Shown here in pieces: positions 36,947 to 46,726 of a DNA stretch of 46,726 nt. The notes beneath the pieces are model-generated. The model was not told the origin of the DNA. It saw nothing but the letters and a program-made list of their open reading frames with translations, and made no database searches. The position numbers were made by a program, and so were the translations under genes. The DNA comes from Octopus bimaculoides (Eukaryota), in assembly GCF_001194135.2 (NCBI RefSeq), contig NC_068989.1, positions 5,416,344 through 5,463,069 of the forward strand, written 5' to 3'. Numbering within the stretch: position 1 is the first letter of the stretch; each line of letters starts with the position of its first letter.

Positions 36947-37340
36947 CGATCTCTGGGTTATGAACCCAGTACACTTCTACAACGCCATTAGCATAGCATG
37001 TCATTAAGCGAAATATATAATGTATCATTGTCTGTTCCGGGTTACATTGTTTCTACTACATCATCCATCACAAGTCATATATTCCTTATGTGATTCTTTG
37101 CACTCGACTGTGTCAAATGCCCTAAATCTAGCGACTGCACAACACATGCTGCTGCACCGAGACGTAACTTACTGAACGATGACATTGCACTCTGTCGGTA
37201 ACCCGAGAGTTACATTTGACAAATCTCATGCATAGCTCTACTCGTTGCAAATTCTTTCACAGTGTCTCTTCTTTTGCCATTTTCAGATCAACATGAAGCA
37301 AATCAATTCTATAAATGTTTTCCTACTGAACAGATGTAAG

Positions 37341-37560
37341 GTGAAGGCATGTGACTGAGTAAGATTTTGGTTTCGATTCCTGGACTGGGTGGTGCATTGT
37401 GTCCTTGAGGAAAATACTTCATTTCACGTTGCTCCAGTTTACTCAGCTCTAAATGAATCGCAGCAGTAGCTGGGAAGTTAACTCTACGATGGACTGGCGT
37501 CCTGTTTAGGGGGAGTGTTGTACTCTCAGTCACTTCTATGTCATGGAAATTGGACCAAAC
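37341..37560 (+). mobile_element. SINE with group-C head/CORE-like part and a different 3' domain (Meta/V-domain-like)
   Basis: gcattgtgtccttgagg...ttcacgttgctccag is shared with C, then acgatggactggcgtcctgtttaggggg. Confidence 0.7.
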
Positions 37561-38478
37561 CTCAGCTTTTCGAGGTCTAGGGCTTATGACAGAACTAAAT
37601 CTAAGTCCTAAGAACAGATATGAGGGTAGACGGTCACTGATGAAATCCCGACACAGGGTAATAACCGATTATTGATCCCCCTTTTTGAGGTCATGAAAAT
37701 ATTGTATATAAATACAGCGTATACATATAGTATTGATTAGAGTTTATGGATATATTCTGTGGAGTTATGTAGCATATTATTCTTTGCCATTGATCTTAGC
37801 GTTTATTTTGACTACTAAATTGCTTTGATGTCAAAATTTCCCCTCCTCTTGTTTAATTATACCCCCCATCTCTCGTTCATTCTCTTTCTATACTCTTTCT
37901 CTCTACTCATTCTCTCTCTCATGCTGTATCTGTCTATACCCCCACCCCCCACACACACGTACATATACATATGCATGTGTGTATGTATATATATGCACGT
38001 ATATCTGCATACTTGTATGTACGTATTTTAGTATGTATGTATGTGTGTGTATGTATGTATATAAATGTGTGTGTAAATGTGTGTGTGTGTGTGTGTGTGT
38101 GTAAATGTTTCGAAGGGAGTTGTAAATTAAAAGACAATGAATCATCGACTCAAAAAAGAGAAAAACGGTCGACATTTACTTACGAGTCTAGCACTGATTC
38201 TAAATTGAATATTTGTCTGTGTCTATGAGCGCGTGTGTACAAGTGTGTGTGTGTGCGTGCGTGTGTGAGTGTGAGTGCTCTCTCTCTCTCTCCCCCCTCT
38301 CCCCCCTCTCTCTCTCACACACACACATGGTGTTTATTGCTATGTATTTGTTTCTTTGGCACGGTTTCATCCGGCAAATATCATGACTTTTATCGTAACG
38401 TTTACTGTAACTGTTGTGGCATAATATTAAAGAAATTGCTGAGTGTGAAATGTTCGACGAACCAGCAATGAAGAGAAT

Positions 38479-38552
38479 GAGACGTTTTGGCACAGCCGTT
38501 TTGGCGCCGCTGATTCGACGCTGACTTGTTTGACATCAAACGTTTTAACGCT
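38479..38552. repeat. Degenerate ~15-bp tandem array (gccgttttggcgcc-like)
   Basis: About 5 diverged units read by eye. Confidence 0.55.
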
Positions 38553-38755
38553 TCTCTCATTTTAGTGATTCTCTTTCTCCCTTCCCCTTTCTGTTTATGA
38601 ACATATTTCTCTTTGTGTGCACGAGGAGCGGGAAAGTATTCATATCAGTCATGTTTAATTAAATTGTAATCTCTCCATCGCCCTCTCTCTCTCTCTCCCT
38701 GTTTCTGTCTTTGTGTTTAAATGTGTGAGCACATTTATCTGGATGAGGACATGTC

Positions 38756-38864
38756 CGGTAAGTTCACCGCTACCAATTCACCGCAGGGAAATTTCACCGT
38801 AAGGAATGTTCATTGCGAGGAAAGTTCACAGCAAGGAAAGTTTACGGAGAGATAAGCCCACAGT
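38756..38864. repeat. Degenerate ~16-bp tandem array (aaggaaagttcaccgc)
   Basis: About 7 units of 14-17 nt. Confidence 0.8.
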
Positions 38865-38950
38865 AAAAGAATATTAAAAAAAAAACCTTATTTTCGAACT
38901 CTATGTATGTATGTATGTATGTATGTATGTATGTATGTATGTATGTATGC

Positions 38951-39290
38951 AATTACTGGGAACGTCTGAGTGATGCGTGTCTCTGTTCTCTTTAATGCCG
39001 AAGAGAGAGTTATACAATCATACTTGTATGGAAAATCCTGGAGGCGCACGTTCCAAACATCGACATTGGAGAGAATCTTAATGCACGGAATGGTAGATAC
39101 GGTCAGCTTCCAAATACACCATCTTCGAAATCACGAGCAAAAACACTCTATAGTGCCAGTCTGATATTTAGAGGTCCTCACCTGTTCAACTTTTTACCTG
39201 AAGAAACCAGAAATATAAAAGATGAAAGATTAAATAAAAATAAAGAAAAGAACATTGGATAAACTCTTAACAACCATACCAGAACAACCA
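38951..39290 (+). mobile_element. CR1/L2-type LINE C-terminal fragment
   Basis: NYWERL...SL*CRRESYTIILVWKILE...FRGPHLFNFLP, then after a frameshift KRTLDKLLTTIPEQP. Confidence 0.85.
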
Positions 39291-39459
39291 ATACCATAAA
39301 GCGACAACAAGACTGATAGGAAAAAAATTAAGGCAGTGCTCCAGCATGACCGCAGTCATTAAATTGAATGGATATATTTGAAAACAAAACGTTGAAACCT
39401 TCAAGAAACAGATCGGTAGTCTAAATATGCTCTTTTCTAAATGGCAGACAGAATTAAAA

Positions 39460-39858
39460 GAAATTGTACATGCAAGCTATGTTGGGAATGAAAATGTTGC
39501 TAAGCTTTCAAACGAGTATACAGACGATGAATTTGTAAAAGAATGTCTTTTGGCAGTGGTTGAACTTTTAATGCCCGGAAAAGTTAAATATCTTTGACAA
39601 GATTAGCTTGTCTCGCAAGACAATAACAATACGAGTCGAAGAAATTGCAGCAGATATCGAAGTTAGACTATCAGAAAAAATAAGAGAAGTTAATTTTTTT
39701 TTTTACTGGTTATTAACGAAAGAACAGGTAAATCCGATTCGGCTCAACTGGCAAGTTTCATATGTGTATCGATAGATCATTTAATATTATAAAAGAATTG
39801 CTTCCTGTTCAGACAATGAAAGACACCGTTACAGGATATAATATTTATGAAGAACTAG
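39460..39858 (+). mobile_element. hAT (Charlie/Buster/SPIN-like) transposase fragment
   Basis: ASY...YTDDEFVKECLLAVVE...KISLSRKTITIRVEEIA...INERTGKSDSAQLASFI...KELL...MKDTVTG, with frameshifts. Confidence 0.9.
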
Positions 39859-40180
39859 CATTCCGTCGGTTACGACGATGAGTATTCCAGTTGATCGGAA
39901 CAACGGAATAGTCTGCTTGTGAAAATAATGTGCAAGAGGCTGAGTACGCCATAGTCACATGTACCCTTAATGTAGTTCTCAGGGAAATTCAGCGTGACAT
40001 AGAATGTGATAAGGCTGGCCCTTTGAAATACATGTACCACTCAGTTTTTGCCAGCAGAGTGGACTGGAGCAGGGTGAAATAAAGTGTTTTGCTCAAGGAC
40101 ACAACGCGTCGCTGGGAATTGAACTCACGACCTTACGATCGTGAGAGGAATGCCCTAACCACTAAGCCGCGTGCCTTCAC
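39857..40180 (-). mobile_element. SINE group C, full length, lying between two parts of the hAT remnant
   Basis: Head with GAGTTCAATTCCC, CORE-like gtgtccttgagcaaaacact, and tail tcgtcgtaaccgacggaatgc. Confidence 0.92.
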
Positions 40181-40211
40181 GCAACACTTCATTTCTAAGA
40201 AGGCGCATATC

Positions 40212-40360
40212 CCAGAGAAGAGGAAATGTGCCTTCTTAGAACTGAAGGGTAAATTTGTTCTGGATCTGACAAGTGATAACTGGTTTTGTGACCTTGCATT
40301 TTCATAGATATCATTTCCTAATTAAATAATCTCAATTTAAAATTGCGAAAGCAAAATTAG
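40212..40360 (+). mobile_element. hAT transposase fragment, downstream part
   Basis: AFLELKGKFVLDLTSDNWFCDLAF, frameshift, IDIIS*LNNLNLKL (WxxDLAFLxDIxxHLNxLNLxLQ motif). Confidence 0.85.
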
Positions 40361-40380
40361 TTGAATTATGAGAATATATA

Positions 40381-40530
40381 AGAAAACAAAAGACGAAGAC
40401 AGGTGTGTAAACAACAAACAGATGTATTAGTTTGACGCTCGGGAACTGAGAAAGTATTTTACGTTTCGAGCCTACGCTCTTCAGCAGAAAGGAACACAGA
40501 ATGAAGCAAGGAGAGAAAATAGAAAAAGGC
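40381..40530 (-). mobile_element. Penelope-like pseudo-LTR fragment
   Basis: Carries the hammerhead-like motif below; pyrimidine-rich minus strand, adjacent to (CA)n. Confidence 0.5.
40457..40490 (-). ncRNA. Minimal type I hammerhead-ribozyme-like motif
   Basis: TTT-CTGCTGA-A-GAGC-gtag-GCTC-GAA-ACGT-A-AAA. Palindromic ACGT stem III, GUA triplet, 4-bp stem II; position 6 is C instead of A. Confidence 0.6.
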
Positions 40531-40544
40531 ATAGTGGCTAGCAA

Positions 40545-40545
40545 T

Positions 40546-40637
<92 letters not shown>

Positions 40638-40680
40638 CTATCTATATATATATATTTATACATGTGTGTGTGTGTGTGTT
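40545..40680. repeat. (CA)n...(TG)n microsatellites
   Basis: Direct reading. Confidence 0.95.
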
Positions 40681-40687
40681 TGCCAAA

Positions 40688-40896
40688 CCCCTTCCACCGC
40701 TATACAACCGGTGTTGGCTATTTTACATCCCTGTAACATATTGGTTCGGCAATAAGAAACCGATAGAAAAGTAGTAAACCTTTTGAAATCAAAATACAAA
40801 TCAAAACATGTGCTGGGCGTAGATTTTTTGGACTAAAGCTCTTTAAGTCTGTTCTCCAGAATGGCTGCATTCCAATGACTGAAACAAGTAAAAACA
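40688..40896 (+). mobile_element. SINE group B, 3' half
   Basis: Similarity to the B tail. Confidence 0.7.
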
Positions 40897-41060
40897 AATT
40901 TTTTTTCGGAAATTGGTATTTCTATGCTTGCCATTACTGTTTGGTTTTCCAGCTTTTAGATATTTTCAAGCTAATTATTAAATGTGAGACTGTTACAGAT
41001 ACGTTCGTTTCCACTCGTCAAAACAAGCTGAAATACATTATTTAAAAAAACCTAACACCG

Positions 41061-41110
41061 TTTAAGACACCAATTTAAGACATCAATTTAAGACACCAAT
41101 TTAAGACACA
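41061..41110. repeat. 13-bp tandem repeat (tttaagacaccaa) x~3.8
   Basis: Direct reading; a further partial unit at 41121-41130. Confidence 0.9.
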
Positions 41111-41267
41111 TAATAACCACTTAAGACACACGACTTTTTTATAACCAATTATGCAAGAACTGAGATTCTTCGCCACACCCGACCTCTGACAATGAAAAAG
41201 GTTTTAGTTATTTTCAAACAGGTTTCAAAATGAAGAACTTTTAATTTTAAGCTATTTTTTTATCGCT

Positions 41268-41480
41268 TATCTTTTATCGTTTACTTGTTTCAGTCATTAG
41301 ACCGCGGCCATGCTGGGGCACCGCCTTGAAGAATTTTAGTCGAATGAATCGAGCCCAGTACTCCAATTTTTTTTTTGTAAAGCCTGGTACTTATTCTGTC
41401 GGTCTCTTTGGCTGAACCGACAAGTCATGGGAACATAAACACACAAGCACCGGTTGTCGAGCGGTGGTGAGGGACAAACA
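41268..41480 (-). mobile_element. SINE group B, 3' half
   Basis: Clear reverse complement of the B tail. Confidence 0.88.
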
Positions 41481-41514
41481 TAGGCGCGCGTACACACACA
41501 CACACATGCATATA

Positions 41515-41605
41515 TCTCGGTGGAATTTGAACTAGGAACGTAAAGACGAGCGAAATGCCGCTCAGCATTTTGCCTAGCGTGCTACCGATTCTGCCAATTC
41601 GCTAT
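41515..41605 (-). mobile_element. SINE group A, 5' half
   Basis: Head and B-box region only. Confidence 0.75.
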
Positions 41606-41704
41606 TTTAATGGTAGTTAATAATATTCTTTAACAATCAATAATCCTGTGTAGATTATCTTATGGTTACTTTTGAAACTCTTTCAGCGTTCCAATCGGCT
41701 AACG

Positions 41705-41945
41705 GAGGTGGATTCGCAGAATATGGAGAGTCCCTGAGAAACTGCTTTACGGTATTTCGTTCTTCCTTTTTACGATATTTCGTTCTTCCTCTTTACGTTC
41801 AGATTCCGAATCACCTTCCATGATAACTTCACCCTTCATCCTTTCGACGCCGAAAAATTAAATTACGTATAAAAACCTGATGAAGATTTTATCGGCTCTA
41901 CTTCCCCATTCGACAAAAATTCTTTCTTCTCGCTAATGTTAGAAA
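41705..41945 (+). mobile_element. Highly decayed SINE group A
   Basis: Residual ggtatttcgt...cttcatcctttcg...aaattaa motifs. Confidence 0.45.
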
Positions 41946-42099
41946 TTAGGTGGAGTCTGAGTCGATTATTTTGCTATAATTTTCACCCTAATTCATATTC
42001 CTTCCTTCCCAGTTGACATAAATTAGAATTAATTACTTCTTAAGTACCTGATTTTAACATTGACGTAATGACCAGCCATCTGTTTTCAGTTGGTTTCTT

Positions 42100-42310
42100 C
42101 TCTGGACAATGTCCAAGCAAAAACAAAAATTTAAATTCACTATCTTGGAGAAAACTTTCGACTAATTTGGCAGAATGAGCAAAAGCATTATCATGTTGGT
42201 AAATTGCCAATCTTAGTTGTATAAAAACCTAAACTTGTGGCCCTTTTTTGGCATAATTACTTCATTATAATATTTAACAGTGACACTTTCGTTACGAGCA
42301 GGACATATTG
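42100..42310 (-). mobile_element. Decayed Tc1/mariner transposase fragment
   Basis: ESVTVKYYNEVIM, frameshift, IYQHDNAFAHSAKLVESFL (HDNAxxH motif; DNA codons at 42184-42192). Confidence 0.55.
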
Positions 42311-43169
42311 AGTTTTTCAACACTTTGACTTGTAATTCCTTCTATCTTTACGCCATTTTGTTAACACCTTCAAATTATTTTATCATTATTGGGCATTATT
42401 CCAACATATTTTATTATTTTAGTCCTTGATAACAAGGTTGGCCATTTGGGAAGAGAAATCGGAAAACACTCTTGGTTGATTGGTGTTAATTGGCAGATTT
42501 TGATACTTTTTCAAGAGATAAAATTCAAGGATTTGTTTCCTATCAGCCCTGACTTTTAGTTTCACTAATTGGGGTGTCTCCACCACAAGGTCCAGTGTTG
42601 GTTACTGGAGACTGGTCCTTAAATTATCAGCGCCTGGTGTTGCTGCAATCGCAATCTGTATGTTGGATAGGAATGTTCCTATTCCTATTCTTTTGTTATG
42701 GTTGAATATTTGGGAAGCGTTGCTGTTACGTGTCAATGAGGGACACTATATCACGTTGCTAGGTGGGCTTAATATAGAGCGACATTTCCCTCAATCACAG
42801 CCTACTTAAGAAAATTCTTCAGACAACACCAAGGACATTTCCAGTAATACATGCCATCAACGGAGCCTCGGCATAGTCACCGACCCCACGCGGAATTAGA
42901 ATCGGTTCCCAAACATTTCAAGATATTTAAGTGAATATTCCTACCGGCGCCATCTACTGAATAAGTCTGTCACTGTGTAGCGAATAAGCTAATTTTACAA
43001 GCTTATAACAAACTCGTTTCCCAAGATTAAGCTCTAAATTGAAAGATATATGTAGCAGAGTAAATTATATATAACTGAGTAATAATAATATTATACAGAA
43101 ACCTTTTAAAATATTAGGCTTTTACAAACTTACCCCAGCTCTCCATGGACCCAGATCAGTACTGCTAAA

Positions 43170-43314
43170 GTTGATCCACATTACTGGAGATTTGCATTAC
43201 TCGTTGATTCACGCTAGATGTTGATTCACATTACATGTTGATTCACATTACAAGGTGATTTACATTACTGAAAATTTACATTATTGGAGGTTCACATTTT
43301 TGGAGATTCAAACT
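43170..43314. repeat. 16-17-bp minisatellite (gttgattcacattacat) x~9
   Basis: Central units are near-identical; outer units are diverged. Confidence 0.85.
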
Positions 43315-43694
43315 TCAGGTCTAACGAAGTCAATGGTTAGATCTGTTGAATGTTATGTGCTTAGATATTCATGTGCTGGGCAACAGTAAAAGGTAGTGCA
43401 TGAGAAGAAATCCATTGCTAGAAGGATATGTGTTGGAGGTAATTCTCCATGCTAACACACGCACACATACGTCGCAATATATCGGATGCAGCTGTGCATC
43501 GTTAACCAGCTAGAGGAGATGTCCTCTTGGGGTTAAAAGATCGCAGCAAATTCCGCTCGAACTGGCAGACATGTTGAAGTGGCTACGAACATTACTTGTT
43601 CGTACAACTACTGCGTTGATCTCTTTAAGAAAGTAGGGTGTGATTTGAAGGGGATTTAGTTGTTGTTTATAGCAGATCGAGTGATTATACAGAG

Positions 43695-43931
43695 CAGCGG
43701 TTCTCAACCATCAACCATTTTTTTTTTAATCCATGGACCCCTTGTATTCCTATTTCACTCTCGTAACCATTCAATGCTTAAAAAATCCTATCATATTTCT
43801 GTGATTAAATTTTGGGAGAAATTGCATAAACGAATTTTTAAAAGATTTTGTGTATTGCAGCAGATAAATGTTAACAACAAAATCTTGTACGGACCCCCAA
43901 GGGTGATATGGACCCTGGTTGAGAACCACTG
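43695..43931. mobile_element. Complete hAT-superfamily MITE (237 bp)
   Basis: TIRs CAGCGGTTCTCAACCA / TGGTTGAGAACCACTG (15/16). 8-bp flanks atacagag / atgtagag (6/8, nTnnAGAn Charlie-like target). Confidence 0.9.
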
Positions 43932-44271
43932 ATGTAGAGCCTACCAATTTCGGTCGGGAAGTTTGTTGTTGATGATAGTAACGATAGCGATGATGGGGTT
44001 GTTGATGCTAGCATTGGTGTCTAGCAGTATGCTGTGGCGTGGTTTTGTACGTGATTAGCGATTAGCGATAGTGATGCTTGGTGGCTGCATCAATCAGTTA
44101 TTCCTAGATTTTATTTGTGATAAATAGATACCCTTTTACTCTCCCAAACAGATACACATACAGGTGTACACTTATCTTCACATACATAAGCATACACGAA
44201 TACAGTTACACGAGCACTCACTCCTACACATACACACACATGAACGTGTACATTTATATTATAATGTATAG

Positions 44272-44790
44272 ACACAGATACGACGGAAGTAAATAGACAC
44301 CCTTATAATCATTGAAATTTATTTAGATATGAAATTATACATTCAAATTATTTATTAATTGCTATAATGTGAATATTTAATATTTAGCNNNNNNNNNNNN
44401 NNNNNNNNNNNNNNNNNNNNNNNNNNNNNNNNNNNNNNNNNNNNNNNNNNNNNNNNNNNNNNNNNNNNNNNNNNNNNNNNNNNNNNNNNNNNNNNNNNNN
44501 NNNNNNNNNNNNNNNNNNNNNNNNNNNNNNNNNNNNNNNNNNNNNNNNNNNNNNNNNNNNNNNNNNNNNNNNNNNNNNNNNNTATACATTCAAATTATTT
44601 ATTAATTGCTATAATGTGAATATTTAATATTTAGCAGACATGACCTTTGCATTTTTCAATGCAAGGACCCTATTAGGCATGTTACCGATCAGATGACGAA
44701 TATTCTCTTGCGGAATTTCTTTGCCAAGTTTCTTGCAGTAATCTCAAAAGATTTGGCTTTGAAGATGCTTTCTTGTTCTTTTTATGAAGG
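44272..44790 (-). mobile_element. Tc1 transposon 3' remnant spanning an N-gap
   Basis: LLRLLQETWQ, frameshift, EIPQENIRHLIGNMPNRVLALKNAKVMSAKY* (stop at 44624-44626). TIR-like cagatacgacggaagtaaatagacaccc near 44275-44310. Confidence 0.75.
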
Positions 44791-44809
44791 CTCCTGTCCA
44801 TTATGCCTC

Positions 44810-44883
44810 ACAGTCATAAACATACCAGCACTACCGTGTTGGTACGTCAAGCGGTGGTGGAGGAAAACGCGCGCGCGCGCGCT

Positions 44884-44921
<38 letters not shown>

Positions 44922-45100
44922 AACTCACACACATGGTATGAACTTCTTTCAGTTTCCTTCTACCAAATCCACTCACAAGGCTTTTGTCGACCCGAGACTA
45001 TAGGAGAAGCCACTTTCCCAAAGTGCCACGCAGTGGGACTGAACCAGGAACCATGTGGTTGGCAAGCAAACTTCTTACCACACAGCCACACTCTGCGCTT
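44810..45100 (-). mobile_element. SINE group B, 3'-truncated, with internal (CG)(CA)n tract
   Basis: Both halves align to 14626-14900. Confidence 0.85.
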
Positions 45101-45412
45101 GTACTAAGCGGTTTGTATCAGTCGTGTTTAGACCAAACATAACAAACAATACTTAGATTGCGCAACAAATTAATTAACAAATGTATCTATTTTCAGTATT
45201 AATCATTAGATAATTATAATTATAAATATCTTTCCTAATTCGGTCGTTTAGTCGAAGAGCTGTGGTCAAAAACATTCTAGTTATGATTGGGCATTTAATT
45301 TGAGATGTCTTAGTTTTGTACACGCGGTATCTTCCATCCTGTGTAATTTGAGGGGAGGGGGTATCTTTTATCGTTTTACTCAGTCATTGGGCTATGGCCA
45401 TGCTGGAATACC

Positions 45413-45452
<40 letters not shown>

Positions 45453-45459
45453 ATGATGG

Positions 45460-45719
45460 ACTCTCCCGTCGAAGTAGAAGTACTAGTGTTCCGCTTTTGC
45501 TGAACGACCTGCACAACCGATTTATTAACAGTGATCAAATGATTGTGCCGCACATAAGCGCCCTCCCTCCACTGTGTTACCACACGTCACGTGTCAAAGT
45601 TATCACGGAGCTACATGAGATGAAATGTTTTGCTCAAGAACACAACGCACCACCCGCTCTAGGAATTGAAATTACGATCTGGCGATCGTGAGTGCAACAC
45701 CCTTAACACTAGGCCTTGC

Positions 45720-45725
<6 letters not shown>
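45460..45725 (-). mobile_element. Decayed SINE group C-like element
   Basis: The head and CORE-like part are clear; the 3' part is diverged. Confidence 0.6.
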
Positions 45726-45761
<36 letters not shown>

Positions 45762-45821
45762 TCTCTCCCTCTCCCACTCTCCCTCCCTCTCTCTCACTCT
45801 CTCTCACACACACACACACAT

Positions 45822-45992
45822 ATATACGACGGGCTGCTTTCGGATTCCGTCTTCGAAAACCACTCACAAAGCTTTGGTCAGCCCGAGATTATAGGGAGAA
45901 GACACTTGCTGAAGATGTCCCGCAGTGGGATTGAACCCAGAACCATGTGGTATGGAAGTATGCTTTTTACCACACAATCACGCATGCGCCTA
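45822..45992 (-). mobile_element. SINE group B, 5' half
   Basis: Ends in a (CA)/(CT) tract. Confidence 0.8.
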
Positions 45993-46301
45993 TTTAAACA
46001 ACACCATTTAATAACACTACGATCAAAAGCATAAACATTGCACTCACATATAAATGTCAAAAAACAAATGAATTGCCTCCGTAGCGAATTGTCATTGTGA
46101 TCTCAAGTCAGAGTTGAAAACTCGGTCGGATTGTTTCTGCAAGCTTCTTTCCATTGTTCTCTTAGTTTGAATTCAGAATTTGTGACTTAGTTGTCAAATT
46201 CCTCACCATCTTAGGTCAAACTCAATTCAATCTACCTAACTCACCTCATTCCTATTGTTGTAGTGACCTACTACAAACTTCGGGACTGATATAAGTATAG
46301 A

Positions 46302-46501
46302 TTTCGATTTTTGGTACAAGGCCAGCAATTTCAGGAGAGGGGTAAGTCGTTTACATCAACCCCAAGTACTCAGTGGCACGTATTTTTCTGTGCCCTGAAA
46401 GGATGAAAGGTAAAGTCAGCGTCGGCGGAATTTGAACTTGAAACTTACAGACGGACGAAATACCGCTAAGCATTTTGCCCGGCCTGGTAACGTTTCAGCC
46501 A
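46302..46501 (-). mobile_element. SINE group A (head truncated)
   Basis: Similarity to the other A copies. Confidence 0.85.
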
Positions 46502-46580
46502 CTTGCACGTTAATTTCACGAGCAAGCTGTTCCGTTGATCGGATCAACTGGTACCCTCGTCGTCGTAACCGACGGAGTAC
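46498..46580 (+). mobile_element. SINE group C 3' tail, fused to the preceding A copy
   Basis: gccacttgcacgttaatttcacgagc...tcgtcgtaaccgacggagtacc; the junction falls at a shared cagcca/gcca motif. Confidence 0.85.
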
Positions 46581-46726
46581 CGGTTTTTTACATTGCCAGT
46601 TTTTTTTACAACATCAACTACAATAAAATAGGTAGCTTTTATTACAGCCAGCCACCACCTCTGCTACCGAGGCTACCACTGTACCCTAACCAGTAATTTC
46701 ACATATATTAGCATCAACACCACCAC

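Noticed and set aside
37636-41890. Other CTGANGA hits (e.g. 12115, 15168, 22714, 37636, 39198, 41878)
   Set aside because: No stem II followed by GAAA; expected by chance.
38479-43314. Short-period arrays as possible CRISPR-like loci
   Set aside because: Head-to-tail units without unique spacers, no cas genes, and a eukaryotic context.
44336-44635. Identical 53-bp sequence on both sides of the N-gap at 44389-44582
   Set aside because: Most likely an unmerged contig overlap: the Tc1 remnant reads continuously once one copy and the gap are removed.

Overview
Repeat-dominated eukaryotic draft-assembly DNA: AT-rich, 12 N-gaps, very dense di-/tetranucleotide microsatellites. The repeat content looks like an octopus/coleoid cephalopod genome (inference from recognising the SINEs; no database search was run). 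I find no confidently supportable intact protein-coding gene. The long ORFs in the track are artefacts of N-gaps and microsatellites, so the window is most likely intronic or intergenic, with a few weak exon candidates. Contents: (i) about 35 copies or fragments of three tRNA-derived SINE groups (my labels A, B, C) with shared and swapped modules; (ii) decayed remnants of RTE-, CR1/L2- and possibly R4/Dong-type LINEs; (iii) remnants of mariner, maT/Tc1, hAT and piggyBac-like DNA transposons, plus one complete hAT MITE; (iv) a decayed C2H2 zinc-finger fragment; (v) several local tandem duplications and minisatellites. The most interesting signals are two. First, six or seven minimal hammerhead-ribozyme-like motifs of several different sequence types, mostly in short microsatellite-flanked inserts (Penelope pLTR/retrozyme-like). 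Second, a twin-priming-type 5'-inverted RTE LINE insertion, with two further inversion or foldback junctions in DNA-transposon remnants. SINE boundaries are approximate (about +/-10 nt).
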